This document shows positions 37,995 through 50,732 of a DNA stretch of 64,000 nt, in pieces (position 1 is the stretch's first letter; each line of letters opens with the position of its first letter). Below the pieces are notes generated by a model. The model saw only the letters and a program-made list of their open reading frames with translations. It was not told where the DNA came from and made no database searches. The position numbers and the translations under genes were made by a program. The DNA lies in assembly GCF_009914755.1 (NCBI RefSeq), contig NC_060927.1, one strand, 5' to 3'. This DNA comes from the human T2T-CHM13v2.0 reference genome, Homo sapiens.

Positions 37995-38404
37995 TCATGC
38001 AGGATTTTTTTGTTTCTTGCTTCAGCTAAATCCAGATTCTTGTTTTAAGACCAGGAAAAATTAGGCACATGGGCACATTGAAAGGTGAGGGGAGCTGAAT
38101 TTATTAAAAGAAAGCTCTCAGCGAATAAAGGGGGTCCTGCCAACAGGCTGCCACCTCTCAGATAAAATACCACACACGAGCTGAAGAGGCCAAGCCCCTT
38201 CCCCCTGCATAAGGCACAAATTTCCCGTGGCTCCACCCCACCCTCCCAGTGTGCAGATGGGCCCTTAGTCTGAGCCACTCCACATTGATTTATTTCTCTT
38301 ACTGGGCATGTGTTAAGGGACAGAATTTTTCACTGTGGGCATGTTTAGGCAAGCTCCCTGTGCACAATTCCCTGGGTGGATTTTGCTGTCTCCTGTGTCT
38401 CTCA
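37995..38404 (-). mobile_element. MER61-type (ERV1) solo LTR inserted in a MIR
   Basis: Minus strand begins tgag...; internal 'gcacactgggagggtggggtggagccacgg' and 'ttcagctaaatccag...accaggaaaaattaggc'. 4-bp TSD acta at 37991-37994 and 38405-38408. Confidence 0.75.
38337..38356. promoter_or_regulatory. perfect p53 response element (2x RRRCWWGYYY, no spacer)
   Basis: GGGCATGTTT AGGCAAGCTC matches the consensus at 20/20 positions. Confidence 0.85.
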
Positions 38405-38709
38405 ACTATAATTCCAAAGCCTTTGATTTTTTACCTATGCCATATAGCCATTTCTAAATTAATCATCATTGTTATCATTGTTACCAACAATCTAGCGCTT
38501 AGTATGTGCCAAATATGTATTAATACCTTGAGATGATCCCAAAAGTGTCGAATATGAGTTCATAAAGGAAAGACCAGAGAGAATGGGGAAATGATAATAT
38601 TCAGAGATAGTAACTCAGAATATCTTAGAACTATTTAAAGATATGAACTAACTCTCACATACAAGCCTTAGCACAAGTCTAAGCAGACTAAATAAAAAAG
38701 AATTCACTT

Positions 38710-39077
<368 letters not shown>

Positions 39078-40869
39078 TTATCCTCCAAGTATCCTCTTTT
39101 CAAATGTATACACCCTTGAAAGTAACCATATTCAGTCATTTATGCATAGCTAGGAATAATTAATTGGTTGGTTGGTTTCTACCCACATCACCTGGATGAG
39201 AGGGTTCTGGGGTTTTAGTGGATGGAGGGTCATTTGGGGACATGAGCATTCACTCTGAAAGCCAGTTTTGAGTGACTTGCAGTAAAGGCCTTGGATATAA
39301 AAGAGCACAGACAGAATAAGAGCACTTGATGCTGAGAAGGAGAAGGAAACACAGAGAACAAGGGAAGACAAGGCAAGGGGGATGATAACACATTATTCTA
39401 CCTCAAATTTGGCTTCAAATTTCTATTTGCTGCTATTAGAAATTTTTAGAAAATTATCATATGCCACATTTACCTCTGAAGGTCCCAACAACAAATTGGG
39501 CTGATCCTATAACAAACTATACCTGGCAAAATGTTATAGCAATAACATTACATAACACAGAATACACCTAAGAGCTGAGTTTCAGCCTTCAGTCCATAGT
39601 ATGCCGATTGTGTAGTCTTAGAAACTGTGCTACACCAGCATTAGCAACTATAAACAAGTATAATGCTACCTGCTCCATCTCATTTATGAAAATGAAATGA
39701 GTCAACAAATGTAAACATCTTATTTGTCTATGACATGTGAAAACATGTGAAGTATTGTGGTTGTTATGTCAAATGAACCATGATAGAGAGGTGAAGCATC
39801 CACTTACATTCTGTGTAACTAAAGACTATCATGAGCCTCCTAAGAAAAGCCTTGGCCTTATGTGGTTACCCTTCAAAAGCATTTAAACAGACATTTCCCA
39901 AGCCCTAGAAATGAATCATTATCAAGATCATAATATAGAACCCAAAGTAGATTCAAAGGTCAACAAGTCACCCATGAGGTATGTGATGGTAACAGCATTT
40001 TTAGTTCCTTCTGAATGATCAGACCCAAGTTGGGTTATTGTCTATAGGTGGCCCAAACTGGTATTTTTCTCTCTCTGCATCCTTCCTTCCAAAAAGCACT
40101 GGAGCACATAATTACTTGATTTTCACACAAATGGCCAACTGTCTCAAATAACAGGGAGGTGAGGCTAATTTAATTCTGAGAGCACAATTTCAATGCCTGT
40201 CACTGAAAACATATCCATTTCATTTATTCTTGTTTGATTCAAACAAACACATTTTTAAAAGTTAAAATAAGTCTGATTTGCTTATTTAAGAAATTCTCTT
40301 TACTGACAAGCCGATATTTGTATTGTATCTTAGATTTGTTCTGAGCCACTGTGTTAAAATAAAATCAGGCCAGATATAATGAGAATGAATAAATTTAAAG
40401 GACAGCCTTGCATATGTTTCTTTAGGATTGAAACATATCATTGCTAATTCTAAGGATCAAGTAGAGTAGACGAGGGCAATATTTAGGAAATACTTTCACC
40501 ACAATCATGCGGAAGGTCTCTAGGCTGTTTAATAAATGTTTAATAAATCCTCTGAGCTGACATGTGCATAAGGTAAAATGCTGAAAGATGAATCAGCTTC
40601 TCCACAGCTCACATCCTCTAGCTACAGAAATATTCTAATGCCAACACTTAAGCTATTAAAAATAGTGAAATAAATTCCTACTCTAAAAGGAATCTTGGCG
40701 ACACCCTATATAATTTGTTGACACCAAATGGCAATGGGCCTTCCCTAGGCATTTATTTTTCATCATCCTTTGTCCTATATTACCCTGGAAGAAAATATTA
40801 ACAACTGAAAAGCTTCATTGGTCTCTGACCTTAAAAAATTCCAGTTACATGATTTTATCTTTAAAGATA

Positions 40870-41222
40870 GGGATTAAAAGCCCTGACTCTGGAGACAGGC
40901 ATCCCTCAATTCAAATCACAACTCCTCTTCTCTTATTAGCTACAGAACATGGCACAAGTTCATTGGGTTCTCTAATTCTGATACCTGTTGTATAAATACA
41001 AGTGGGGATGATATGCCCACCTCCTAAGGGTGTTGGAAGAATAGCATTGTGGTTAAAGGTATGGATTCTGAAGCCGGTCTATCTGGATTTCTATCCTGGT
41101 TCACCACTTACTAGCTGTGTAACCTCAGACAAGTTACACAACCTTTCTATACTTCAATCCTGCCATTTTTAAAATGAGCCTCCTGGAATTGATGAATTAT
41201 TAAGTAAGATAATGCATATAAG
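40870..41222 (+). mobile_element. two tandem MIR fragments
   Basis: 'gactctggagacag...ttattagct' and 'gtggttaaaggtatggattctgaagcc...ccacttactagctgtgtaacctcagacaagttac'. Confidence 0.75.
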
Positions 41223-41224
41223 TA

Positions 41225-41371
41225 AGGTTGCCAGATTTAGCAAATAAAACTACAGGACACTCAAATTTGAATTTCAGGTGAAAAACAAACAGTTTCTTGT
41301 CTCACAATTATACCAAAATTATTTGTTTTTATCAGAAACTCAAATGTAACTAGCCATCCTGTCTTTCATCT
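41225..41371. mobile_element. MER53 hAT MITE (centre deleted)
   Basis: 'aggttgccagatttagcaaataaaactacaggacactcaaatttgaatttcag' ... 'atcagaaactcaaatgtaactagccatcctgt', imperfect inverted arms. Confidence 0.8.
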
Positions 41372-41403
41372 ATTTTATATATAATGTACATAAGTAAATG
41401 TTA

Positions 41404-41854
<451 letters not shown>

Positions 41855-41994
41855 TTAAATTCATGAACACAGGGCTTAGCACACACTGACTGCTCAGTAA
41901 ATAAGAAGCACTGATAGAAATTCACCATTGGCTCTGCCTCTCTTTTAGTCTGGGCTGCCGGCAGGCACAGAGCTGGGTTCAAATATACATTTTA

Positions 41995-42384
<390 letters not shown>

Positions 42385-45300
42385 TCACACTGAAATAATC
42401 AGGCCTCGCTCATCCAAGCACTTATTTATTCAATAAATGCCAACCATTCATTAGATAGTTATTATGTGTTAGACACAGAAACTGGTTCTGAAAGCTAAGA
42501 AAGAGAAAGGTAGGGAGTGTTCCCACAAGAAGCAAGAGGTTACCAAGTTTCCTCCCACATCTCCAAAATCATTGTTAGGATTACATAAGATATCACAGGT
42601 AAATTACTTTGCACCTTGCCAAGTACCTGCAACATGTTCAGAAAATGGAATTGCCATTCTTACTGTTATTTACATTATTTTCGTCAATCTTAGCAGATAA
42701 AACTTAAATCAGCTTGTATATCTCACATGTATTTTGTTTATCTGTTTTCTTTAAGAAAACCAATTCTTATATCTTACTGAGCAAAAACTGTCTCCTTTGT
42801 GACATGGTTAATTTTATAACAGATGTTAGTTACATATATATTATGCAATAGTATGCATTGTAGTGGGATAATCCAATATGCCTTTCAGATGATAATCAAA
42901 ATTCTTTCTACAATACCCCCAAATGATTCCAGGTATCTAAAGATATACTCACAAATACAGTATCTCACACAGCATTTCATGGATAGATGCCATCAGAAGA
43001 CTTTTAACTTCACTGGGAAGCCAGAAATTGATTACCTGTTTATCAGCTGAAGTTTTCTATAAGTTTCCCAAGTTTCTCTTACTATAAAATTGCTTAAGAT
43101 GGCAAAACATAAGAACCTTGTCACCCATCATCTATGGTCTTCCTCTGTATAGAAATTTCCAAATGAATAGGGCAAGTGAAATTTAACAACACAGTCATAC
43201 AATGTAGATATTGGAAAATTCCTGAAACAAGATTTAAAGACGTGTTCATAGTCACCCAATCACAGCATAGTTGCACAGGTAACATTCAGTGAGCTGCCCT
43301 TCATAGTCACACAGCTAATAAGTGGCAGAATCCAGCTTCTGAACTCCAAGAGCAGGTACCTTTCAGTTTTGTGGCTTTAGTGTCTGTTGCAGTGGAGTGT
43401 GTTGAAGACAAGAATTGCCTGCACAGTAGCATTTTAAGTTCTAGTAACCATCACCACTCGGTGGAGAATAGAACTATTCTGTTCTCCTGGAGAACAGAAC
43501 TATTAAAATTGTTGTTTAAATAAATTGGCTTTAAAAATGCAACCATGTCTTCCAATCCCAGGAAATCCTATCCGGATCTCAGCACTGTTGGACCTGGAGT
43601 TTTCAGAGTGAGAGAAAACAATTTTTGCATTCTAGGGTGGATGCTGAAATATATTTTCTTCTTAAAAAGTTTGACAACACTGATGAGCCCTTATGGTCAG
43701 CCAAAGAAAGGCAACAACCTACCTACAGTTTGAGGGAATTCTTGAACTAGCAAATTTATTCCAAATGTAGGAGATTCATAACAAGATGTTAAAAAATATA
43801 TTTAATGCAGAAAATGTTTGACTTTACTGTAGGCAAAGTACATTGCTCGAGAGATTATTGTGATTTGAGTGTTTCTCCTTCTGGATAGGTTAGAGGAAAA
43901 AAACCAGTCTAGATACAAGGATCAGAACCCCTTTCTAGTAACAGAAACATGAAGAGTAAGGAGATAGGATGGTGTCAGAACTGTCTAAGGAGCCAGACAG
44001 CCAACAGGGGGACCTCCTATGAACGGGACCAGCTAAAAGGCTAAGAAAAATGATACCCAGCGTGGTGACACTGTAATCTCCTCATGGTGTCCTCAAGCCT
44101 TCAGTAAAACACTATTAAAAACAAAATGGGGCCTCTTAGGATACAAAATGCATGAAAAGAGCTGTAGCAAAAGAGAATGGGCCAGAAGTTATCAGTGGAG
44201 AAGCCCAGAGCAAGACCCTGGAGAAACCAGCACATCCAATGTAGATTTGTGGAACATGTCAGTGCTCCCCAGTGATTTTCAGAAATACTTAAGGCAAGAG
44301 TAGAGCTCCTGTGATCATGGAAGACAAAGCCTGGGCTCTATGAGCTGGTACTTAAGAGAAAAGCAACCTGGCCCTTCACCCCATTTCATCTTTACTTCAC
44401 AAAGGCAGAAGAACTTGGGAATGTCTGGGTTATCTCTGCTGTATCTTCCAAAATTATTTTACCAGGAAAATACTTACTTTGAAATAAGTTCTGTGTACTC
44501 TCCTTATGAATTCTACCTTCTCTTTATTCTACTCACAAATTCAATCTTTCCTGCTGTTCCCAAATTATCAATTTTGTTCCATTACATGTTGAGAGATGAC
44601 TTCACTTTGCTATGCCTTCATTTATTCTGATCTGATTGTTGGAAGTGTTTTCAATCAATGTGTTCCATGCTTTGTTTTAGCCTTTTTCTTTCCCCAGTAG
44701 GGAGGGCAGTGGGAAGGGCAGGAAGGACCAGGTGCTTGAGGAATAGTCCTAAATGTATTCAAACTGAAACTAAAATGAAGCAAAATATGTGCTCCAAACT
44801 TTTTGCATTTTTAATACTTCCATTCAAGAGAAGAGCAATGCTTTTGTAATGCCATTTTCTTAGGCTCCTTTCACTATTTGTCTTGCATAGCAAGTTGTCT
44901 CACTTCCTTCTTCTCCCACAGAAGTGCTACAGTCTCTGTTTAGTGGTCCTGCAGGATCCTGTATAATTCACCATATTGCCTTCCAGCCAGCTTCTGTGTA
45001 ATCACTGCTAGATGAATTGCCCAGGCTACAGATGTTTCACTAATTATCTTTTCATCATAACGATATGCAAACCCACTTGTATCCCTCCACACCCTCACTC
45101 ATTACAATAATAATGTCTCGTTCCCTTTCTACAGTGTCTCCATGCTGCAGGACCCCAGAGTGCTCAAGAAAAACAGGAATTGTTTCCTACCTCCCCTACT
45201 ATTAGTTAAACATTCCTCACGCTAAGAAATCCCTAGCAAAGTTAAACAGTTGAAGAGCCAGAAGTGAGAAGAATTTATTTGATTAAGGCCTCACGAGACC

Positions 45301-46129
45301 ACTATTTGGCAAGAGTAATTCCTGGGAGATGGGCTTTACTAAACCCGAGCCTGAGTGACACTGGCTGCAAGCAGTGTCTTAGATTTTGTTTCAAGGGCTT
45401 CAATGGCACAAGCTCGTTTGTATAAAACCTATTCTGTAAGACATGACTTGTAAACAAACTCTAAGCCTTGCAGATGGGTTGTTCATGATCAACTTTGCAC
45501 AGTGATAGATATACTGATGTGACTGGCCCATTCATAGAAAGAAGGGTGAACCGAATCATGGGGTCATTGTGACATTAAGTAGATAGTTTTCTAGTTCCTT
45601 CTTAACTTCTCCCATCTATCAAATAGTTACTTCACTTGTTCTTCTTCCTAAACTGCAAAAAAAGTCGTGAGCTTTTCAAGCTACAGTTCAACTTCCACTA
45701 AGTTTCCTGCTGTCTCTCAAGTACTCCATATTATCTCTTTTCCTCCCTTTTCACATCCTGGTCCATCTGTGTCCATTATACCCATAAGCCCACTCATCCT
45801 TCCAGGCTCATTATAAATAACACCAGTTTTTACTTAACATCTATTGTGACAGGTTCTGGATACAAAAACTGAAATCATTTCTGCCATCAAGGAGCTTGTG
45901 ATATAGTTAGGAGAAGAAGATACATAAAATAGGAAGCATTATAAAATGTGTAACCTGAATATGACTGGAGCACCTCAGGGTCCATTCTCTGTGTCACAAT
46001 GATTAAAAGAAACTGCAATCTAGCAAAACTAGACAATTGAAAATAATTCCAGTTTTTACATGATCCCTTGAGATATTATGTAATTCCAAAGGGGTGTGTG
46101 ATAAATAATTCCTTGAAGATTATCTTCCA

Positions 46130-46302
46130 ACATGCTTTGTTATATCCTTATTTATATGTATTGCTTATAGTCTGTCTTCTCCCATAAGCATGTAAATTCT
46201 GTAAAGTCAGGGGCTTTTGTTCTGTTCACCGTGTATCTTAGGAGTGTTAATGATACCTAGCTCACCATAGTCACTAAATAAATAATTATTGAATGAATAA
46301 AT
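46130..46302 (+). mobile_element. L2 3' end
   Basis: 'tgtaaattctgtaaagtcaggggcttttgttctgttcaccgtgtatc...catagtcactaaataaataattattgaatgaataaa'. Confidence 0.75.
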
Positions 46303-47000
46303 TGCCTTACCTTTTATACTCAATACATTCTGACCAGATGAAACTGCTCCTCAGAATTCACTACAAAAAAAAAAAAAAAAAAAAAAATCCCACGACCAGC
46401 TTTCAGATGCCCCTCCTCACTGAACCACAGCTGCAATAAATCTCTTTTATCTTCTCCTGCTAGGCAGTATAGAATGCTAAACAGGGAGGCAGGGAAGACT
46501 TCAACTCTTCTAGAGTTGTTGCCTCAAGATACTGGATGTAGACTGTGAAGTAGGATCTATTGTTTCATTGTAAGTATGCATGTGTTTACTTTTGAGTCAG
46601 CTTTTCCACTGGGACATAAGAGCCCCACAATGCTTTCTTTAATATTCTAACACCCAGTGCATAACTATGTTTTTTTAAAAAAGGAGGCGCTCAATAGGTA
46701 TGTGTTGAAAAATTTAATGAATGAATAAACTAAATTTATATGCAGGCAAATTGTTAAGTTCTGGAGCCTCTCACACTAGAAGAACTGACCTGGAGTCAAT
46801 TCTCAGAGTAATCGACTCTACATCTAAATATGTTCATCTTTGAACAAATTCGAAGATGGGCATGACACACTTAAAATGGGAATTATTGTGTTGTTTCCAG
46901 CATTACTTATGCTTGATTTCTTTGAATGTTAGGCATTTTTCTGGAAGGAGATAAAGAGAAAGCTGATGATGCTACTGTTAAGAAATGTTTGCTTTCTCAA

Positions 47001-47242
47001 CAAATGCCACATGATTTCACTTATAAGTAGGAGCTAAATACTGTGTGTGTACACATGGATATAGAGTGTGGAATGATAGACAACAGAGACATGGAAGGGT
47101 AAGGAAATGAGAGGAGGGTGGTTGATGAAAGATGACTTAATGGGTACAATGTACATTATTTGGGTGAGATCCTAAAAGTCCTAACTTCACCACTATGCAT
47201 GCTATAAAATTACACACTTTACCCCACACATTTATACAATAA
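47001..47242 (+). mobile_element. 5'-truncated L1 3' end (L1PB/L1MA-type)
   Basis: 'tcacttataagtaggagctaa...atagagtgtggaatgatagacaacagagac...aatgggtacaatgtacattatttgggtga'. TSD-like gtttgctttctcaa / gtttgctttttcaa. Confidence 0.85.
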
Positions 47243-48094
47243 AGTTTGCTTTTTCAATGTGATTTTTAAAATATAAAAAACTTGATCTATATATAATTCA
47301 GCACATAGGACTACTGTCCTATGTACTCCTGTCTTCCCAGATTGTACAATAAGGTGTGTGTGTGGGTGTATGTATGTATATGTGTGTGTATACATTTAAA
47401 AATCTGTGTCAATTATAAACGATAAAAGTGATCTCATAGTCTGTGAGGTCTCAGGGACTTACTGGGTTTATTAGCAGGACAAAAATTTGTTTGGTATTAA
47501 GAGGCAAAGTCCCATAACATCAAAATTTCTCCTCACTCTTTCAGGCCACAAATCAAACAAGAAAATAAAGCAAAATTCCTACTCAACCTGTACGGCTCTT
47601 TCATGGATCTAGTACCAATAGTGTTTTCCTTAAGCAACAGAAAAAGGAGAGAACAGGATATTTTAGTTTATATGTATGTATGTACACAAACAGACACACA
47701 CACACACAGATACATATTTCTATAATTGACGGAAGTGCGGAGCAGATAGCAATTGAAAGAGAAAAATGGGGACTATGTAAGCAACCTGAAACAAATGAAG
47801 CTCCAGATAACTAGGGCAGAATTTTTAAAACTCACATCTATCAGTTACTAGGTATCACCTCATTATTATAACTTGATATTTGAGGCAATAAATTAGAACC
47901 TAACAAGGTAGAAATTAGTAGAGTATAATATATAGAACAAATGCAAAAATTAAGTATGAATTTCAATTAAAGAGCACCTTTTAAAAGTCTTTGCTTTGTA
48001 CTTAATCTAATGAATTCCTCTCTAAGAGATTGCATTATATTCTCAAAATTATTTACCCGTCTTTCTATTCTCACTTTTTAACAATAGGATTTCG

Positions 48095-48420
48095 GACAGT
48101 ACGTTTTCCTGGTCTTCTGATGTTGGCCTTTTCTTTGTCCAGAGAATGTGAACAGAAATGACTAGGTCCCTGTTGCGAATCCAGACTTTAAGAGACATTC
48201 CATATTTCTACTTGCCCTTCTTCTCACTTCTGCCACCAACATGAGAAGAGCCTTCACTGATTTTCCTGTTGGACCAAAAAAGATGACAAATACACAGAGT
48301 TGCCCTTGCCCTAATCAGCAGTTTGGAGTCAACCCCTGCTGATTCCAGCTTTGATCAACAAAATCTCAGTCTATCTGCAGATGTGAGACAAGGAATAAAA
48401 TGACATGAACTGCGAATTTT
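48095..48420 (+). mobile_element. MLT1 fragment
   Basis: 'ccagagaatgtgaacagaaatgact', 'tctgccaccaacatgagaagag', 'ctgcagatgtgagacaaggaataaa'. Confidence 0.55.
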
Positions 48421-48859
48421 ATCCCTGATCTTAACTCCAAAAATCTTCAGTAAATTTCCAAAAATTGTATGTGGTTTTGTGTAATTGAGTTCCTTGTTAA
48501 AGATGATTAAAAAAAAAAAAAAAAAAAAAGCTGGGGTTGTACCCAGTCTAGAATAGGGCTGAAAGTGAAAGAGATATAGCTCATATAGATGAACAGCCAA
48601 CATCTGTGTGACAAATGAGAACATAAACCTACCTATAATTTTTTATAAATATACTTTAAGGTAAAAAGTATAATTTTGTGACTCAACTTAGTGTCTCAGT
48701 GAATTCTGGCTATAATTTATAATTTGACATGACTGAATGATTATTGAGATTTCTTATTTCTTTCTGAAAAAAATACATTCGTTGATTTTCATCATTGTAC
48801 TGCTGGGAAAAAATATTAGAAAAGTAGACTTGGTGACAATGGGGCAGAATTACTATATA

Positions 48860-49220
48860 GTAATTATCTCATCTATTCAGACTGCTATGACAAAACACCA
48901 TGAACTGGGTACTTTACAAATGACACAAATTTATTTCTCAAAATTTGTGTAGGCTCGGAAGTCCAAGATCAAGGTATGCACAGATTTGGTATCTGCTAAG
49001 GACCCATTTTCTGATTCATAGATGGTGTCCTCTAACTTCTCCTCACAAGGTGAAAGGGAGAATTAGTCTCTTCAATTCCTTATAAGGGCATAATACCATT
49101 CACAGGGGCTCTACCTTCATAACCTAATCACCTCTCATATGCTCCACCTTCTAATACCATCACATCAGGGATTAGGAAGCTACATATGAATTCTAGGGGA
49201 CACAAATATTCAGACCAGAG
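48860..49220 (-). mobile_element. MLT1A/MST-type MaLR LTR
   Basis: 'cagactgctatgacaaaacaccatgaactgggt...aatttatttctca...gaagtccaagatcaagg...acctaatcacctc...ggggacacaaatattcagacca'. Confidence 0.85.
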
Positions 49221-50732
49221 GAAAGGCTAAAACTATAACTGCTATGGGAGCATGGTCAATCTTAGCAAACAAGGTGGTTGGATTTTTATAACTATGCAAA
49301 ACACAGAGGACAAAGTCCATTTCCCATTAACAGGATAGCACTACATAACCTGCTCCATCAAGTTTCTAGCTTCTTAGAGGAAGATGAGTAGAGAAAACTG
49401 AATTGACCAAGAAAACCTAGAAGTGACTGACGTTAACCTGAGTTATGTACAATTAAATTTCTGCCATGGAGCTAAGTGATCCTTAACACAGAAATTAACT
49501 TCAGTTATATGAAAACAAAGAAAGAAGGTATTTTGATATAACTGAGCAAGTGGTTTATAAAATTCATACCTTTTATATGTGTATTGAGTATTTACTATAT
49601 GCAAATCACTGTGCTAGGTGTTTGTGGGATACAATGCTGAGTCAAACACCATCCTTAAATGAGTCTAGTTTGTACAAATTATGTGATCACATGCAGTGAT
49701 TCTCTCAATGTGAAGCAGCTTAGGAAGAGTATCCACAAACTCTGAAAGTGTTCAGGAAAGGGAAGAAATTATTTTGATATGGTATATTCTGGGAAGTTTT
49801 ATGGAAGGAAATTGGATTTTAAGGAAACAGAGATGAAATTCCAACATTCTGGGTGCTCCTTTGAGAATGTAGTAAAACATTTGAATTTACAGGAATTAGA
49901 TTTGTACAAACATGTGGCTGAAACATAATCTGTTAATTGAATTTTGCTTTTTCTCCAGCACTGTCACCCACTTGCTAGCTTGAAGCTGCTATGAAAGCAG
50001 TTTTGGGCATTTACATAATGAAGCACAAGCATAAGAAATGGCACTTAGAGTCAGAGGATTTGAACTGAAAGTAGTAGCACTAACAAGCAAATATACATAT
50101 AAGCTTTAATGCTTTCACCTCAACTTTCATTATTTTCTTCCTTTTAACTACAACAGAAGTAACTAAGAGATTGTCACATTCTTGCCACCATGGCAGTTCC
50201 TAGCACTTGAAACAGGCCCAGCAGGCAGGCAGGCAAAGACGCTATGCAAAGGACACAGTGCAGGACAGAGACCAAGTTAGGAATAAACCAGAGGAACTCC
50301 TGAACACAGGCTCACTGAATCCACATGGCATTAATCATAAGAACAGAAACCAGGAAGAAAACAGACCAGCCTAACCAGTTGAATGTGTTCTCAAAGTCGT
50401 GTTATGTTAATTGATTCTCTGGATCACTTGCCCACCAAAATAAATGAGAAAGAGGAGACAAAAGATAAAACTTATCAGCTATATTCTGAGACAAGCTAAA
50501 TACAAAATCATGAACAAGTGATTCTGATTTTCTGAGTCTCTGTTTCCTTGTTGATCAGAGGAAAATTAACTGGATGATTTTCAAGGTGCTTTTCTGCTGT
50601 GGAAATTCAAATCCCAATACAATTGAAAAGAGTAAACACAAAAAAAACCTTAAAAAAAATCTAGAAGAGGAGGTGGAAAGAGATGAAGGAGGAAATGGGT
50701 GAAAAAGGAGAGGGACAGAAAACTTCCTTCTA

